A stretch of 49,169 nucleotides of DNA from Acidimicrobiia bacterium. GTDB lineage: Bacteria; Actinomycetota; Acidimicrobiia; Spongiisociales; ZC4RG35. This document shows, in pieces, positions 17,236 through 26,435 of the stretch. The first letter of the stretch is position 1, and every line of letters begins with the position of its first letter. The notes under the pieces are model-generated. The model searched no databases and was not told the origin of the DNA. It worked only from the letters and a program-made list of their open reading frames with translations. Location of the stretch: positions 1 to 49,169 of the forward strand of contig VXSV01000072.1 of the NCBI GenBank assembly GCA_009837815.1, read 5' to 3'. The translations under genes and the position numbers were made by a program.

Positions 17236-18118
17236 AGATGTTCCCCGCCACGGGGATCTTGTCTCTGATGGCTTGCTCGGCGTTGGTGATCGCGTCGGCG
17301 ATCTCGGTAGTCCCCAGCGACTCGATGAAGTCCACTTCCACGTTCACCAACAGATCGTCAGGCCCCAGGTGCATGGTGAGGAGGCGCCCCACCCCGGTCA
17401 CCTCGTCCATTCCCAGAAGCACGGCCCGGATCAGGGCCCGCTCCCGCCGGCCGGCCGCCTCGCCGATCAGCAACGCCTTGATCTCGGCGGCCAGCAGCAC
17501 CGCCACCACCGCCAGCATCACCCCGATCAGAAGCGACGCCGCCCCGTCCCAACGGGAATCCCCGGTTGCCGAGGCCATCGCGGTCCCAGCCAGGGCAAAA
17601 ATCAGGCCCAGCATGGCCGCCGTGTCCTCCAGAAGGATCACGATCAGGGAGGCGTCCTTGGATTCCCGTATTGCCCGCCACATTGGTTTGGTTCCCCGAT
17701 AGCGATTGAATTCCCGAAGGGCTACCCCGAAGCTGATCGACTCCAGCACCAGCGCCACCCCCAACACGATGAAACTGGGAGTCAAATCGCCGAGCGGCTC
17801 GGCATGACCGATCGCCTCCCATCCGTGCACAAAGGCCCAGACGCCCCCGCCGAAGAACAGCATCACCGCCACCAGGAAGCCCCAGAAGTAGACCTCCTTT
17901 CCCCTCCCGAAGGGATGGCTGACATCGGCCGGTTGGCGAGCCGCCCTGCCTCCATAGAGAAGCAAGCCCTGATTGGAGGAATCCGCCACCGAGTGGATGC
18001 ATTCGGCCAGCATGGCAGCAGATCCGGTGATCAGAAAGGCAACGAACTTCGCCACCGCTATGGTGCTGTTCGCCACCAGGGCGGCAAGCACCGCCAGTCG
18101 TGATCCGCCGCTAGCCAC
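17204..18118 (-). CDS. Cation diffusion facilitator (CDF) family metal efflux transporter
   Basis: Six TM segments, the HSVADSSNQ motif in TM2, and a C-terminal cytoplasmic domain (TMHLGPDDLLVNVEVDF). Length is typical for the family. Confidence 0.85.
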   Translation of the reverse strand: MASGGSRLAVLAALVANSTIAVAKFVAFLITGSAAMLAECIHSVADSSNQGLLLYGGRAARQPADVSHPFGRGKEVYFWGFLVAVMLFFGGGVWAFVHGWEAIGHAEPLGDLTPSFIVLGVALVLESISFGVALREFNRYRGTKPMWRAIRESKDASLIVILLEDTAAMLGLIFALAGTAMASATGDSRWDGAASLLIGVMLAVVAVLLAAEIKALLIGEAAGRRERALIRAVLLGMDEVTGVGRLLTMHLGPDDLLVNVEVDFIESLGTTEIADAITNAEQAIRDKIPVAGNIFVEPYDRDAI

Positions 18119-18178
18119 GGGCGAGAAGTCTACGTCCCTCAGGGAGGAACATGACGACTGGTAAATCCCGGGCGGACT

Positions 18179-18958
18179 TCACCACTCCAACTCCCGGACT
18201 TCGTCTCTGGTGACCCTCCCTCCCACACGACACCTGTCCGGTTCCCACATCAGTTCGATCACCGAGGGCCATCCCATCTCACGTCCCTGGGAGATGCGGA
18301 TGCGGCCGGAAGGCATGTCCTCGGAACGCAGCACCGCGGCAAGCGCCACCGCCGCACTGCCGGTAGCCGGGTCTTCCGCCACCCCCAGGCCGGGAGCGAA
18401 GAAACGCGCCCTGACCCCGTGGGGAGGCGACATCCAAGCCCACACCAGAGTCATTCCCAGTTCGGGCGGTGGAGATTGAAGGTATCCGACCTGTCCGGGA
18501 TCGTCCATCTGCCACACCGAATAGGGTAGAGGCATGTCCACCTCCCAGGCCCGAGACGGGGAACACCAGCCCAGGGTCGGGGGAACTTCCTGGGTTCTCA
18601 CCGGCTGGGAGAAAGGCGGCTCGATCCAGACACGGTCTCCTTCGGCGCCGATTCGCACCTCCCCCACCCCGGATGTGACGCGGTCCACTCCCCCCGGACC
18701 GACCTTGAGCAGCAACCACGCGGCGCCCACCAGAGGATGTCCGGCGAAAGGCAGTTCCGCGACGGGGGTGAAGATACGGATGTGGGGGATCCCGCCGGTC
18801 TGCCAATCTATGAAAATGGTCTCGCTGAAACCCAGGTCCGCCGCGATTTCCTGCATCCTCCGGTCGTCGAGGTTGACGGTGTCGGCCACCACACCCAGGT
18901 GGTTGCCCCCCTGCTCCCCGTCGGTGAACACCCTGAGAACCTGGACCGGGCGCGCCAT
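18179..18958 (-). CDS. PhzF family (phenazine biosynthesis-like) isomerase
   Basis: VFTDGEQGGNHLGVV, GFSETIFI and EDPATGSAAVALAA match the PhzF/DAP-epimerase-like fold. The start was moved to ATG 18958 (MARPVQVLRVF...). Confidence 0.8.
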   Translation of the reverse strand: MARPVQVLRVFTDGEQGGNHLGVVADTVNLDDRRMQEIAADLGFSETIFIDWQTGGIPHIRIFTPVAELPFAGHPLVGAAWLLLKVGPGGVDRVTSGVGEVRIGAEGDRVWIEPPFSQPVRTQEVPPTLGWCSPSRAWEVDMPLPYSVWQMDDPGQVGYLQSPPPELGMTLVWAWMSPPHGVRARFFAPGLGVAEDPATGSAAVALAAVLRSEDMPSGRIRISQGREMGWPSVIELMWEPDRCRVGGRVTRDEVRELEW

Positions 18959-19020
18959 CTCAGCGGGCCCCGTTCGGGCATACCATGATGGTGGACACAT
19001 CCAATGGTCGGAGAGAGGTC

Positions 19021-19236
19021 ATGGCTGAAATACTCGGTCTGGACACCCTGGTTGCACAAATGATCCTAGCCATCGGGCTGGCCCTGGTGGCGGGCAACTC
19101 ATGGGCCGTCATCCGCCACTTCCAGGGAAGGCCCCCTCCGGGCCAAAGGGGCGCTTTCCGACCTCGACGGGCGGTTTTTCTGATCCTGGCCGGAACGCTT
19201 ATGGTGACCTGGAGCGCAGTGTCCCTGCTCTCCTGA
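19021..19236 (+). CDS. Small two-helix membrane protein (71 aa), function unknown
   Basis: ATG 19021 is preceded by GGAGAGAGG. The sequence MAEILGLDTLVAQMILAIGLALVAGNSWAVI...AVFLILAGTLMVTWSAVSLLS has two hydrophobic helices separated by a basic loop. Confidence 0.4.
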   Translation: MAEILGLDTLVAQMILAIGLALVAGNSWAVIRHFQGRPPPGQRGAFRPRRAVFLILAGTLMVTWSAVSLLS

Positions 19237-19291
19237 CTGCGCCGATCATCACAATCTCGGAACGCCGACATGGGCGCCTAATCTCGGTCCC

Positions 19292-20323
19292 ATGAGCGAA
19301 TGGCCCTTCCCGCCTCCGATCGCCACCATGGAAGCCCGCGTCTCGGAGCGCTGGCCCAGGGGGTCTTTCGCCTACGAGCCCAAGTGGGACGGCTTCCGCG
19401 CCCTGGCCTGGAGCGGCCCCGGTCCCCGTCTTGACTCCCGGAACCGACGACCGCTGCTGCGCTACTTTCCCGAGCTCGAACCGGCTTTGGACCAACTCCC
19501 AGGAGGTACGGTTGTGGACGGCGAGGTGGTGGTGGTGTACGACGACGCAACCCATTTCGACGCCCTGCAGATGCGCATACACCCCGCCCGGAGCCGTATC
19601 ACCCGCCTGTCGGAGGAGATCCCCGCCCAACTGGTCGCCTTCGATCTCCTGGCCGCTGAAGGAGAGGATCTTCGGCGCCGGCCTTTCTCGGTGCGACGGC
19701 GCCGGTTGGAGGAGCTGGGAGCCCGCCTGGAGACACCGTGGAACCTTACCCCGACCACCAAGGACGCATCATTGGCCCGCCGCTGGTTCGACGAGTATGA
19801 GGCGGCCGGGTGCGACGGAGTGGTGGCCAAGCGACTGGAGGAGGAGTACATGAGCGGCAAGAGGAGGATGATCAAGATAAAGCACCGACGCCATGTTGAC
19901 TGCGTAGTGGGTGGCTACCGGGTTCACAAAGACGGGGACAAGATCGGGTCTCTCCTCCTTGGCCTTTACAACTCCGACGGCGCTCTGCACTTCATAGGCC
20001 ACTGCTCGGGTTTCTCCAATGCCGATCGTGTGCAGATCCTCGAGCTCTTCCAAAGTCTGCGTACCGCCGATTCCTTCGATGAGCAGGCGAGAGCTCCGGG
20101 AGCCGCCAGTCGCTGGTCGACCGAGAAGAGCATGCAATGGACGCCCGTCCAACCCGGGGTTGTGGTGGAGGTCAGCTACGACCAGTTGCAGAACAACCGG
20201 TTTCGCCACGCAACCCGGTTTCATCGATGGCGACCGGACAAACCTGCCCGGGAATGCACCATGGACCAGTTGGAGAGACCGTCGGGCCCGGGATTCTCCA
20301 AAGTGGTTGCTGCAAGGTCCTGA
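19292..20323 (+). CDS. ATP-dependent DNA ligase (compact LigC-type: adenylation plus OB domains)
   Basis: Motif I is YEPKWDGFRA (the KxDG adenylation lysine). VVDGEVVV, VAFDLL, DGVVAK and MIKIKHRR correspond to motifs III-V. Confidence 0.9.
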   Translation: MSEWPFPPPIATMEARVSERWPRGSFAYEPKWDGFRALAWSGPGPRLDSRNRRPLLRYFPELEPALDQLPGGTVVDGEVVVVYDDATHFDALQMRIHPARSRITRLSEEIPAQLVAFDLLAAEGEDLRRRPFSVRRRRLEELGARLETPWNLTPTTKDASLARRWFDEYEAAGCDGVVAKRLEEEYMSGKRRMIKIKHRRHVDCVVGGYRVHKDGDKIGSLLLGLYNSDGALHFIGHCSGFSNADRVQILELFQSLRTADSFDEQARAPGAASRWSTEKSMQWTPVQPGVVVEVSYDQLQNNRFRHATRFHRWRPDKPARECTMDQLERPSGPGFSKVVAARS

Positions 20324-20382
20324 AGGGTCCCACCCTCACCTAGGATTCGTTGTCACCCGATCCTTCCAGGGAGTACCTCGAT

Positions 20383-20526
20383 ATGGAACTGGCCGGTCAA
20401 CTGAGCTTCATTTCCGTCGGGATCGGGATCATCATGGTCATCCTGGGCCTGGTGAAATACTTCAAGCAACGCGCCGCTCAGAACAGAATGCAGGCGGAGG
20501 ATTCACCGGAAAGCAATGAGCCATAG
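20383..20526 (+). CDS. 47-aa single-pass membrane mini-protein overlapping the start of the cytochrome c gene
   Basis: Below the track cut-off. ATG 20383 has CCAGGGAG about 8 nt upstream. Translation: MELAGQLSFISVGIGIIMVILGLVKYFKQRAAQNRMQAEDSPESNEP*. It overlaps the next gene by 11 nt. Confidence 0.35.
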   Translation: MELAGQLSFISVGIGIIMVILGLVKYFKQRAAQNRMQAEDSPESNEP

Positions 20527-20977
20527 GGGAGGACCGCCCTTTCGATCCAGGTTGATCACGGCTTCTCTCTGCCTTCTGCTGAGCGGGTGCGGGGGAAGCG
20601 ACGGTGAGTCGTCTTCGGTGGGGGGCGGTGCGGAGAGCGTTGCGGTGACGGTGCCTGACCTGTCCGATACAGCCGGACGGGGCGCTGACACGTTCGAAGC
20701 CAACTGCTCCGAATGTCATGGCGCCACCGCCGGGGGAACCTCGGAAGGCCCCCCGTTGGTCCACATCTACTACGAACCCGGTCATCATGCCGACTTCAGC
20801 TTCCACATCGCCGTGCAACGGGGATCTCCCCAGCACCACTGGGAGTTCGGCGACATGGATCCGGTCCCGGGGCTGTCGGACGAGGAGGTCAACGAGATCA
20901 TCTGCTACGTGCGAGAGTTGCAGTACGCCAACGACATCTTCACAGACGCCGCTGGTCTGGCTGCTTGCCAATCCTGA
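20516..20977 (+). CDS. c-type cytochrome lipoprotein (mono-haem)
   Basis: Signal peptide plus lipobox (LCLLLSGC-GGS). Haem-binding motif CSECH. The likely distal Met lies in HHWEFGDMDPVPGL. Confidence 0.8.
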   Translation: MSHRGGPPFRSRLITASLCLLLSGCGGSDGESSSVGGGAESVAVTVPDLSDTAGRGADTFEANCSECHGATAGGTSEGPPLVHIYYEPGHHADFSFHIAVQRGSPQHHWEFGDMDPVPGLSDEEVNEIICYVRELQYANDIFTDAAGLAACQS

Positions 20978-21044
20978 GATCCGGTATGTCCCGGCCCACA
21001 GTGATAACACGGCATTCGAGGTGTGGCCTACCCTAAAAGGCACG

Positions 21045-21920
21045 ATGCCTCTCTCGATTGTCGCCCAGGAGGAGCAGCCTGAAGACGTAACGCAGTTGAT
21101 CGATCACGTCGGATGGTACGAGTGGATCCTGGCCTTCCTGGTCGTCATGGTGGCGCTCATCGGCGGTCGGCTGATCCGACGAGCGCTGAGCCGGGGATTG
21201 GCCAAAACCGCGGTTCCCCCGTTTGCCGCCATCGTCCTGGGCAAGACGGTCGTCTACCTGGCTGTAGTGGTGGGGTTGTACTTCGCCCTCACCATTCTGC
21301 GACTGCAGGTCGGCCCGCTGATCGGCGCCCTGGGCCTGGCCGGCCTGGCTCTGGCCTTCGCATTCCAGGACATCCTGGAGAATTTCATCGCCGGTTTGCT
21401 GATGCTGATGCGACGGCCCATCAAAGTGGGCGACGAGATGGAATCCAGCGGCTACAAGGGAGACGTGAACGACATGACCCTACGGGCGGTGACCATCGAC
21501 ACCTTCGACGGCGACCGTGTCTACATTCCCAACTCCATGGTCTGGAAGAACCCCCTGGTGAACTTCACGGAGACCCCCCTTCGCCGGACCACCCTGGTGG
21601 TGGGAGTCGCCTATCGAACGGACCTGGATTTTGCCCGGCAGGTGTTGCAGGAAGCAATCGACAACGTCGAGGGTGTGGTGATCCCACCTGCGGCGACAGT
21701 CGAGTTCGTGGAGTTCAACAACTCCTCGATCGATTTCTACGTGCGCTACTGGCACGCTTCGGCCCGCCCGACACTGTGGGCGGTGAGAGACCGGGCAGGC
21801 AGGGCGATGAAGAAGGCGCTGGACGCGGCCGGGATCGAGATCCCCTTCCCGCAGCGAACCCTGTGGTTCCCCGAGGGCCTCGGGGATCGTTCCGATCAGA
21901 CCGACTCCCAGCCCGACTGA
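21045..21920 (+). CDS. Mechanosensitive ion channel (MscS family)
   Basis: Three TM helices followed by PIKVGDEMESSGYKGDVNDMTLRAVTIDTFDGDRVYIPNSMVW, the MscS beta-domain signature. The start was moved to ATG 21045. The first 109 codons of the ORF-track entry (20718) overlap the cytochrome c gene in another frame. Confidence 0.85.
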   Translation: MPLSIVAQEEQPEDVTQLIDHVGWYEWILAFLVVMVALIGGRLIRRALSRGLAKTAVPPFAAIVLGKTVVYLAVVVGLYFALTILRLQVGPLIGALGLAGLALAFAFQDILENFIAGLLMLMRRPIKVGDEMESSGYKGDVNDMTLRAVTIDTFDGDRVYIPNSMVWKNPLVNFTETPLRRTTLVVGVAYRTDLDFARQVLQEAIDNVEGVVIPPAATVEFVEFNNSSIDFYVRYWHASARPTLWAVRDRAGRAMKKALDAAGIEIPFPQRTLWFPEGLGDRSDQTDSQPD

Positions 21921-21982
21921 CCACACTGCCCGGCGGCGGGCAGCACGGTAAACCCGCAACGGGAATATCTCCAGCTCCATTA

Positions 21983-22002
21983 GAGTTGATATATATAGAC
22001 TC
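21983..22002. promoter_or_regulatory. AT-rich imperfect palindrome upstream of clpB (candidate heat-shock operator/promoter)
   Basis: GAGTTGATAT-ATATAGACTC has 8 of 10 positions self-complementary. It sits in a 40-nt stretch (21981..22020) that I counted at 25% GC, 46 nt upstream of the clpB ATG. The half-sites GAGT/ACTC recall HAIR, but the spacing differs. Confidence 0.3.
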
Positions 22003-22047
22003 AGATTTTCTTATAGATAGAAGGGAACCACGCAAAGGATGCCTGGC

Positions 22048-24621
22048 ATGTTCGATCGACTTACCGCCAAAAGCCGACAGGCCGTCACCGATGGGGAGGC
22101 GCTTGCCCGCCAACTGAAGAATCCCGAGATCGCACCGGCGCACCTCTTGGCGTCTTTGTTGAGCCAAACCGACGGATTGATGCTGCCTTTGGTGGATGCA
22201 GTAGGAGCACAGCCTGGGATGCTCAAAGCCGACACGGAGGAACTCTTGGGCTCGCTACCCAGTTCGTACGGCGGCTCGGAGCCGGTCGCCAGTCGGGAAC
22301 TTACCAAGATTCTGACAAGAGCAGACCAGGTCAGGGCCGAGTTCAAAGATGATTACCTGTCCGTTGAACATCTGTTGCTGGCCATGGTCGAGGCCAAGGG
22401 ACCAGAGGGGGACCTACTGCGCCGGCACGGACTCGGGCGTCAGAACATTCTCGAGGCCCTCACCGGGCTGCGCGGAGCGCACCGGATCACCAACCCGGAT
22501 CCGGACGCCACCTTCGGCGCACTGGAACGTTTCGGGCGGGATCTCACCGCCTTGGCTCATCGGCAGAGACTGGACCCGGTGATCGGCCGGGACGACGAGA
22601 TCCGGCGGGTGATCCAGGTCCTGGCGCGCCGGACCAAGAACAACCCGGTGCTGATCGGCGAACCCGGGGTGGGCAAGACCGCCATAGTGGAAGGCCTGGC
22701 GCGCCGGATAGCCGACGGGGACGTGCCCGAAAGCCTGAAGACCAAACGCATTGTCGCCCTGGACATGGGAGCGATGGTGGCCGGCGCCAAGTACCGTGGC
22801 GAGTTCGAAGAGCGGTTGAAGGCTGTTTTAACCGAGATCAGCGCATCCAACGGCGAGATCATCACCTTCATCGACGAGATGCACACCATCGTGGGGGCCG
22901 GCGCCGCCGAAGGGGCAATGGACGCCTCCAACCTGCTGAAGCCGATGCTGGCCCGCGGGGAACTGCACATGATCGGCGCCACAACCACCGACGAGCACCG
23001 CCTTCACATCGAGAAAGACGCCGCCTTGGAACGGCGGTTCCAGCCCATCCTGGTGGCCGCTCCCTCGGTTGCCGACTCGGTTGCCATCCTGCGAGGCTTG
23101 AAGGAGCGTTACGAGGTGCACCACGGAGTGCACATCACAGACTCCGCCCTGGTGGCCGCCGCCGCTCTCTCGGATCGCTACATTACCGGGCGACACCTTC
23201 CCGACAAGGCGATAGACCTCGTCGACGAGGCGGCCTCGCGCCTCCGTATCGAGATCGACTCGATGCCCGAGGAGATCGACAAGCTGACCCGGGTGGCAAC
23301 CCGACTCGAGATCGAGCGGGAGGCCCTCCGGATGGAGTCTGACAAGAACGCACGGGCCCGCCTTTCGGAACTGGAACAGCAACTGGCCGACACGCGGGAG
23401 GACCTTGACGGACTCACTGCCCGTTGGCAGCAGGAGAAGCAGGCCATAGCCTCCATCCACGGCATCAGGGAGCAGATCGAGGAGGCAAGGACCGAAGCCG
23501 AGGTGGCGGAGAGAAGGGGCGACCTCCACCGGGCGGCAGAACTCCGGTACGGCGTACTGGCCGGTCTGGAGACCGAATTGGTTGAGAAGGAAGAGCACCT
23601 CGAGAAACTGGCGGCCAACGGCCGGATGCTGTCGGAAGAGGTGACCGGGGAGAACATCGCCGAGGTTGTCTCCCACTGGACGGGAGTACCGGTCGCTCGG
23701 ATGCTGGAAGGAGAGGTGGCCAAGCTCGTCAACCTGGAGAGCCATCTCCACGAGCGGGTCGTCGGACAGCACCAGGCCGTCCAGGCGATCTCCAACGCCG
23801 TCCGCCGCAGCCGGTCGGGCCTCGCCGACCCCGACCGGCCCGTCGGCTCGTTCTTGTTCCTGGGCCCAACCGGGGTCGGCAAGACCGAACTGGCCCGAGC
23901 CCTGGCCGACTTTCTCTTCGACGACGAGCGGGCCATGACCAGGATCGACATGTCCGAATACTCCGAGAAGCACTCGGTAAGCCGCTTGATCGGCGCGCCC
24001 CCCGGTTACGTCGGATACGACCAGGGCGGCCAGCTCACCGAGGCGGTGCGCAGGCGTCCCTACACGGTGATCCTCCTGGACGAGGTGGAAAAGGCCCACC
24101 CCGAGATTTTCAACACCCTGCTGCAGTTGTTGGACGACGGCCGGCTCACCGACGGCCAGGGCCGCACGGTCGACTTCACCAACTCGGTTCTGATCATGAC
24201 CTCCAACCTGGGATCAGAGTTGATCGATCCAGGTCTGGGAACCGAAGTGGTCGAGAACCGGGTCATGACGGCGGTGCGCGGCCACTTCCGGCCAGAGTTC
24301 CTGAACCGGGTTGACGAGATCGTGGTCTTCGGCCGATTGACCCTGCCGGAGTTGGCCCGCATAGTCGACCTGCAGCTGGGCCGACTACGGCGGCGACTCG
24401 CCGAACGGGGCTTGGAACTGCGGGTGGCCGATGCGGTGAAAGAGATCCTGGCCCAGGAGGGATACGACCCTGCATACGGAGCGCGTCCGTTGAAAAGGGT
24501 GATCCAGCGCCGGCTGGCCGATCCCCTGGCCATCAGGTTGCTGGAAGGCGAATGGCCGACCGACTCGACAGTGGAAGCCTACGCCGAGGGAGGCTCTGTG
24601 GAGTTCCGTCCGGCGGCTTGA
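22048..24621 (+). CDS. clpB: ATP-dependent chaperone ClpB
   Basis: Two AAA+ modules (GEPGVGKT and GPTGVGKT Walker A motifs) with a long coiled-coil middle domain between them. The N-terminus is [16 protein letters not shown] 22048 is preferred over 22039 because AAGGA lies 8 nt upstream of it. Confidence 0.95.
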   Translation: MFDRLTAKSRQAVTDGEALARQLKNPEIAPAHLLASLLSQTDGLMLPLVDAVGAQPGMLKADTEELLGSLPSSYGGSEPVASRELTKILTRADQVRAEFKDDYLSVEHLLLAMVEAKGPEGDLLRRHGLGRQNILEALTGLRGAHRITNPDPDATFGALERFGRDLTALAHRQRLDPVIGRDDEIRRVIQVLARRTKNNPVLIGEPGVGKTAIVEGLARRIADGDVPESLKTKRIVALDMGAMVAGAKYRGEFEERLKAVLTEISASNGEIITFIDEMHTIVGAGAAEGAMDASNLLKPMLARGELHMIGATTTDEHRLHIEKDAALERRFQPILVAAPSVADSVAILRGLKERYEVHHGVHITDSALVAAAALSDRYITGRHLPDKAIDLVDEAASRLRIEIDSMPEEIDKLTRVATRLEIEREALRMESDKNARARLSELEQQLADTREDLDGLTARWQQEKQAIASIHGIREQIEEARTEAEVAERRGDLHRAAELRYGVLAGLETELVEKEEHLEKLAANGRMLSEEVTGENIAEVVSHWTGVPVARMLEGEVAKLVNLESHLHERVVGQHQAVQAISNAVRRSRSGLADPDRPVGSFLFLGPTGVGKTELARALADFLFDDERAMTRIDMSEYSEKHSVSRLIGAPPGYVGYDQGGQLTEAVRRRPYTVILLDEVEKAHPEIFNTLLQLLDDGRLTDGQGRTVDFTNSVLIMTSNLGSELIDPGLGTEVVENRVMTAVRGHFRPEFLNRVDEIVVFGRLTLPELARIVDLQLGRLRRRLAERGLELRVADAVKEILAQEGYDPAYGARPLKRVIQRRLADPLAIRLLEGEWPTDSTVEAYAEGGSVEFRPAA

Positions 24622-24686
24622 AACCCACCCCCGCCGGCGACCCCAGCCAAGACGCGACCTTGCTCCAGGTCATTACCCTTAAGGTG

Positions 24687-26435
24687 ATGGGTTCCCGGGA
24701 ACAGTGGTCCGAAATGTGGGCAGGCCTGCGGCTGATGGTCTCGGGAATCAAGCGTTACCCGCGCATGACGGTGATCGCCGTCATGGGAGCGCTGACATGG
24801 ATGGTGGTGACCATCATCAGTCCCTACCTGCAGAAGCTGGTGGTTGACGACGCCATAGAAGGCAACCAACCGAACCTCCTGGTGCCTCTGGTGCTGCTGG
24901 TGCTGCTGGTCGGGCTGATGCGGGCCAGCAGCATAGCCTGGCGCCGCTGGAACGCCTTCAAGCTTTCCTACAGCTTCGAGGTGCATCTGCGCGGGCGCAT
25001 CTTCTCCGCCATCCAGCGGCTGGGATTCGACTATCACGACCACGCGTCGGCGGGGGAGTTGATGGCTCGATCCTCCACCGACGTCACCCAGGTGCGGTTG
25101 ATCTTCATGATGCTCCCCATCACCGTGGCCAACATCATCACCATGGCCATGGTGGGGGTGATGGCTTTCGTGCTCGATCCGGTTCTGGGTATGGTGGCCG
25201 CCATCACCCTGCCGGCCATGATCGTCTTTGCCGCGCTGTACTCTCGTCGGGCCATCGGCATCTCCTTTCAGGTCCAGCAGGCCCTTGCGAGGATGAGCAG
25301 TCTGACCCAGGAGGGGATTTCGGGGATCGCGGTCACCAAGGCATTCGGCCGGGAGGCCAGAGAAGCTCGCAAGGCGCAGGGAGTGGCGCTGGACATCTTC
25401 GAGAAGTCAATGAGCCTGGCCCGCTTCCGGTCGGTGTACCTGCCCTGGCTGGAACTGCTCCCCACCCTCACCACCCTGGGGGCGCTGTGGCTGGGCGGGC
25501 TCAGGGTGGCGAGCGGCGACATGACCATCGGCGATCTGCTGGCGTTTACGCAGTACCTGGTGATCCTGTACTTCCCGCTCCGTATGACCGGCTGGTTCTT
25601 CGCCGAACTCCCCCGCGCCTCGGCCGCCGCTGCCCGGATAGTCCAACTTCTCCAAACCCCTCCATCGGTGACCAGCCCCGACGCTCCTCGTTCCCTGGCG
25701 CCGGGAGGCGGTGAGATCCGTTTCGACGGTGTTTCCTTCTCCTATAACGGGGTGGAAGTGCTGTCTGACCTTGACCTGTCGATTCCGGCGGGAAGCAGCG
25801 TGGCCTTGTTCGGCGCCACCGGCTGCGGCAAGACCACCCTGGCCCAACTGATCCCCCGTTTCTACGATCCCCAGGTTGGCAGCATCTCAGTAGACGGAAC
25901 CGACATCCGCAAGCTTCACCTGACCGATCTCCGCCGGGAGGTGGCGGTCGCTTTCGAAGAACCATTCCTCTTCTCGGCCACCATCGCCGAGAACATCGGG
26001 TTCGGGACCCCCCAAGCCGAACGCTCCGAGATAGTGGCCGCCGCCCGGATCGCCGACGCCGACGAGTTCATCCGAAAGCTTCCCGAGGGATACGACACGG
26101 TGGTAGGCGAGCGAGGGATCACCCTTTCCGGCGGCCAGCGCCAGCGCGTGGCCCTGGCCCGGGCCATCGTCGGCAACCCCCGCATCCTCATCCTGGACGA
26201 CGCCACCTCGGCGGTGGACGCCATCACCGAAGCACACATCCATGCCGAGTTGGTTGAGATGATGAGGGGCCGCACGACCATTGTTATCGCCCACCGCACC
26301 TCCACCCTGCTCCTTGCCGACCGGATCATCCTTTTGGAGGACGGAAGGGTCCTGGCATTCGGAGAACACCAGGAACTCTGGGACAAAGTGCCCCGCTATC
26401 GCCAACTCCTCGCCGAAGCCGGCCCGGCCCGCTGA
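24687..26435 (+). CDS. ABC exporter permease/ATPase fusion, chain with degenerate catalytic site (Walker B LILDD, Asp replaces the catalytic Glu)
   Basis: Six-TM domain plus NBD. Walker A GATGCGKTT, signature LSGGQRQR, Walker B ILILDDATSAVD, H-loop IAHR. The start was moved to ATG 24687, after the clpB stop. Confidence 0.9.
   Translation: MGSREQWSEMWAGLRLMVSGIKRYPRMTVIAVMGALTWMVVTIISPYLQKLVVDDAIEGNQPNLLVPLVLLVLLVGLMRASSIAWRRWNAFKLSYSFEVHLRGRIFSAIQRLGFDYHDHASAGELMARSSTDVTQVRLIFMMLPITVANIITMAMVGVMAFVLDPVLGMVAAITLPAMIVFAALYSRRAIGISFQVQQALARMSSLTQEGISGIAVTKAFGREAREARKAQGVALDIFEKSMSLARFRSVYLPWLELLPTLTTLGALWLGGLRVASGDMTIGDLLAFTQYLVILYFPLRMTGWFFAELPRASAAAARIVQLLQTPPSVTSPDAPRSLAPGGGEIRFDGVSFSYNGVEVLSDLDLSIPAGSSVALFGATGCGKTTLAQLIPRFYDPQVGSISVDGTDIRKLHLTDLRREVAVAFEEPFLFSATIAENIGFGTPQAERSEIVAAARIADADEFIRKLPEGYDTVVGERGITLSGGQRQRVALARAIVGNPRILILDDATSAVDAITEAHIHAELVEMMRGRTTIVIAHRTSTLLLADRIILLEDGRVLAFGEHQELWDKVPRYRQLLAEAGPAR

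Noticed and set aside
21980-22005. Canonical HAIR (CTTGAGT-N7-ACTCAAG) or CIRCE (TTAGCACTC-N9-GAGTGCTAA) element upstream of clpB
   Set aside because: Only the GAGT/ACTC cores match, and the spacer is 12 nt rather than 7. The right half of CIRCE is absent. I kept it only as a non-canonical palindrome.
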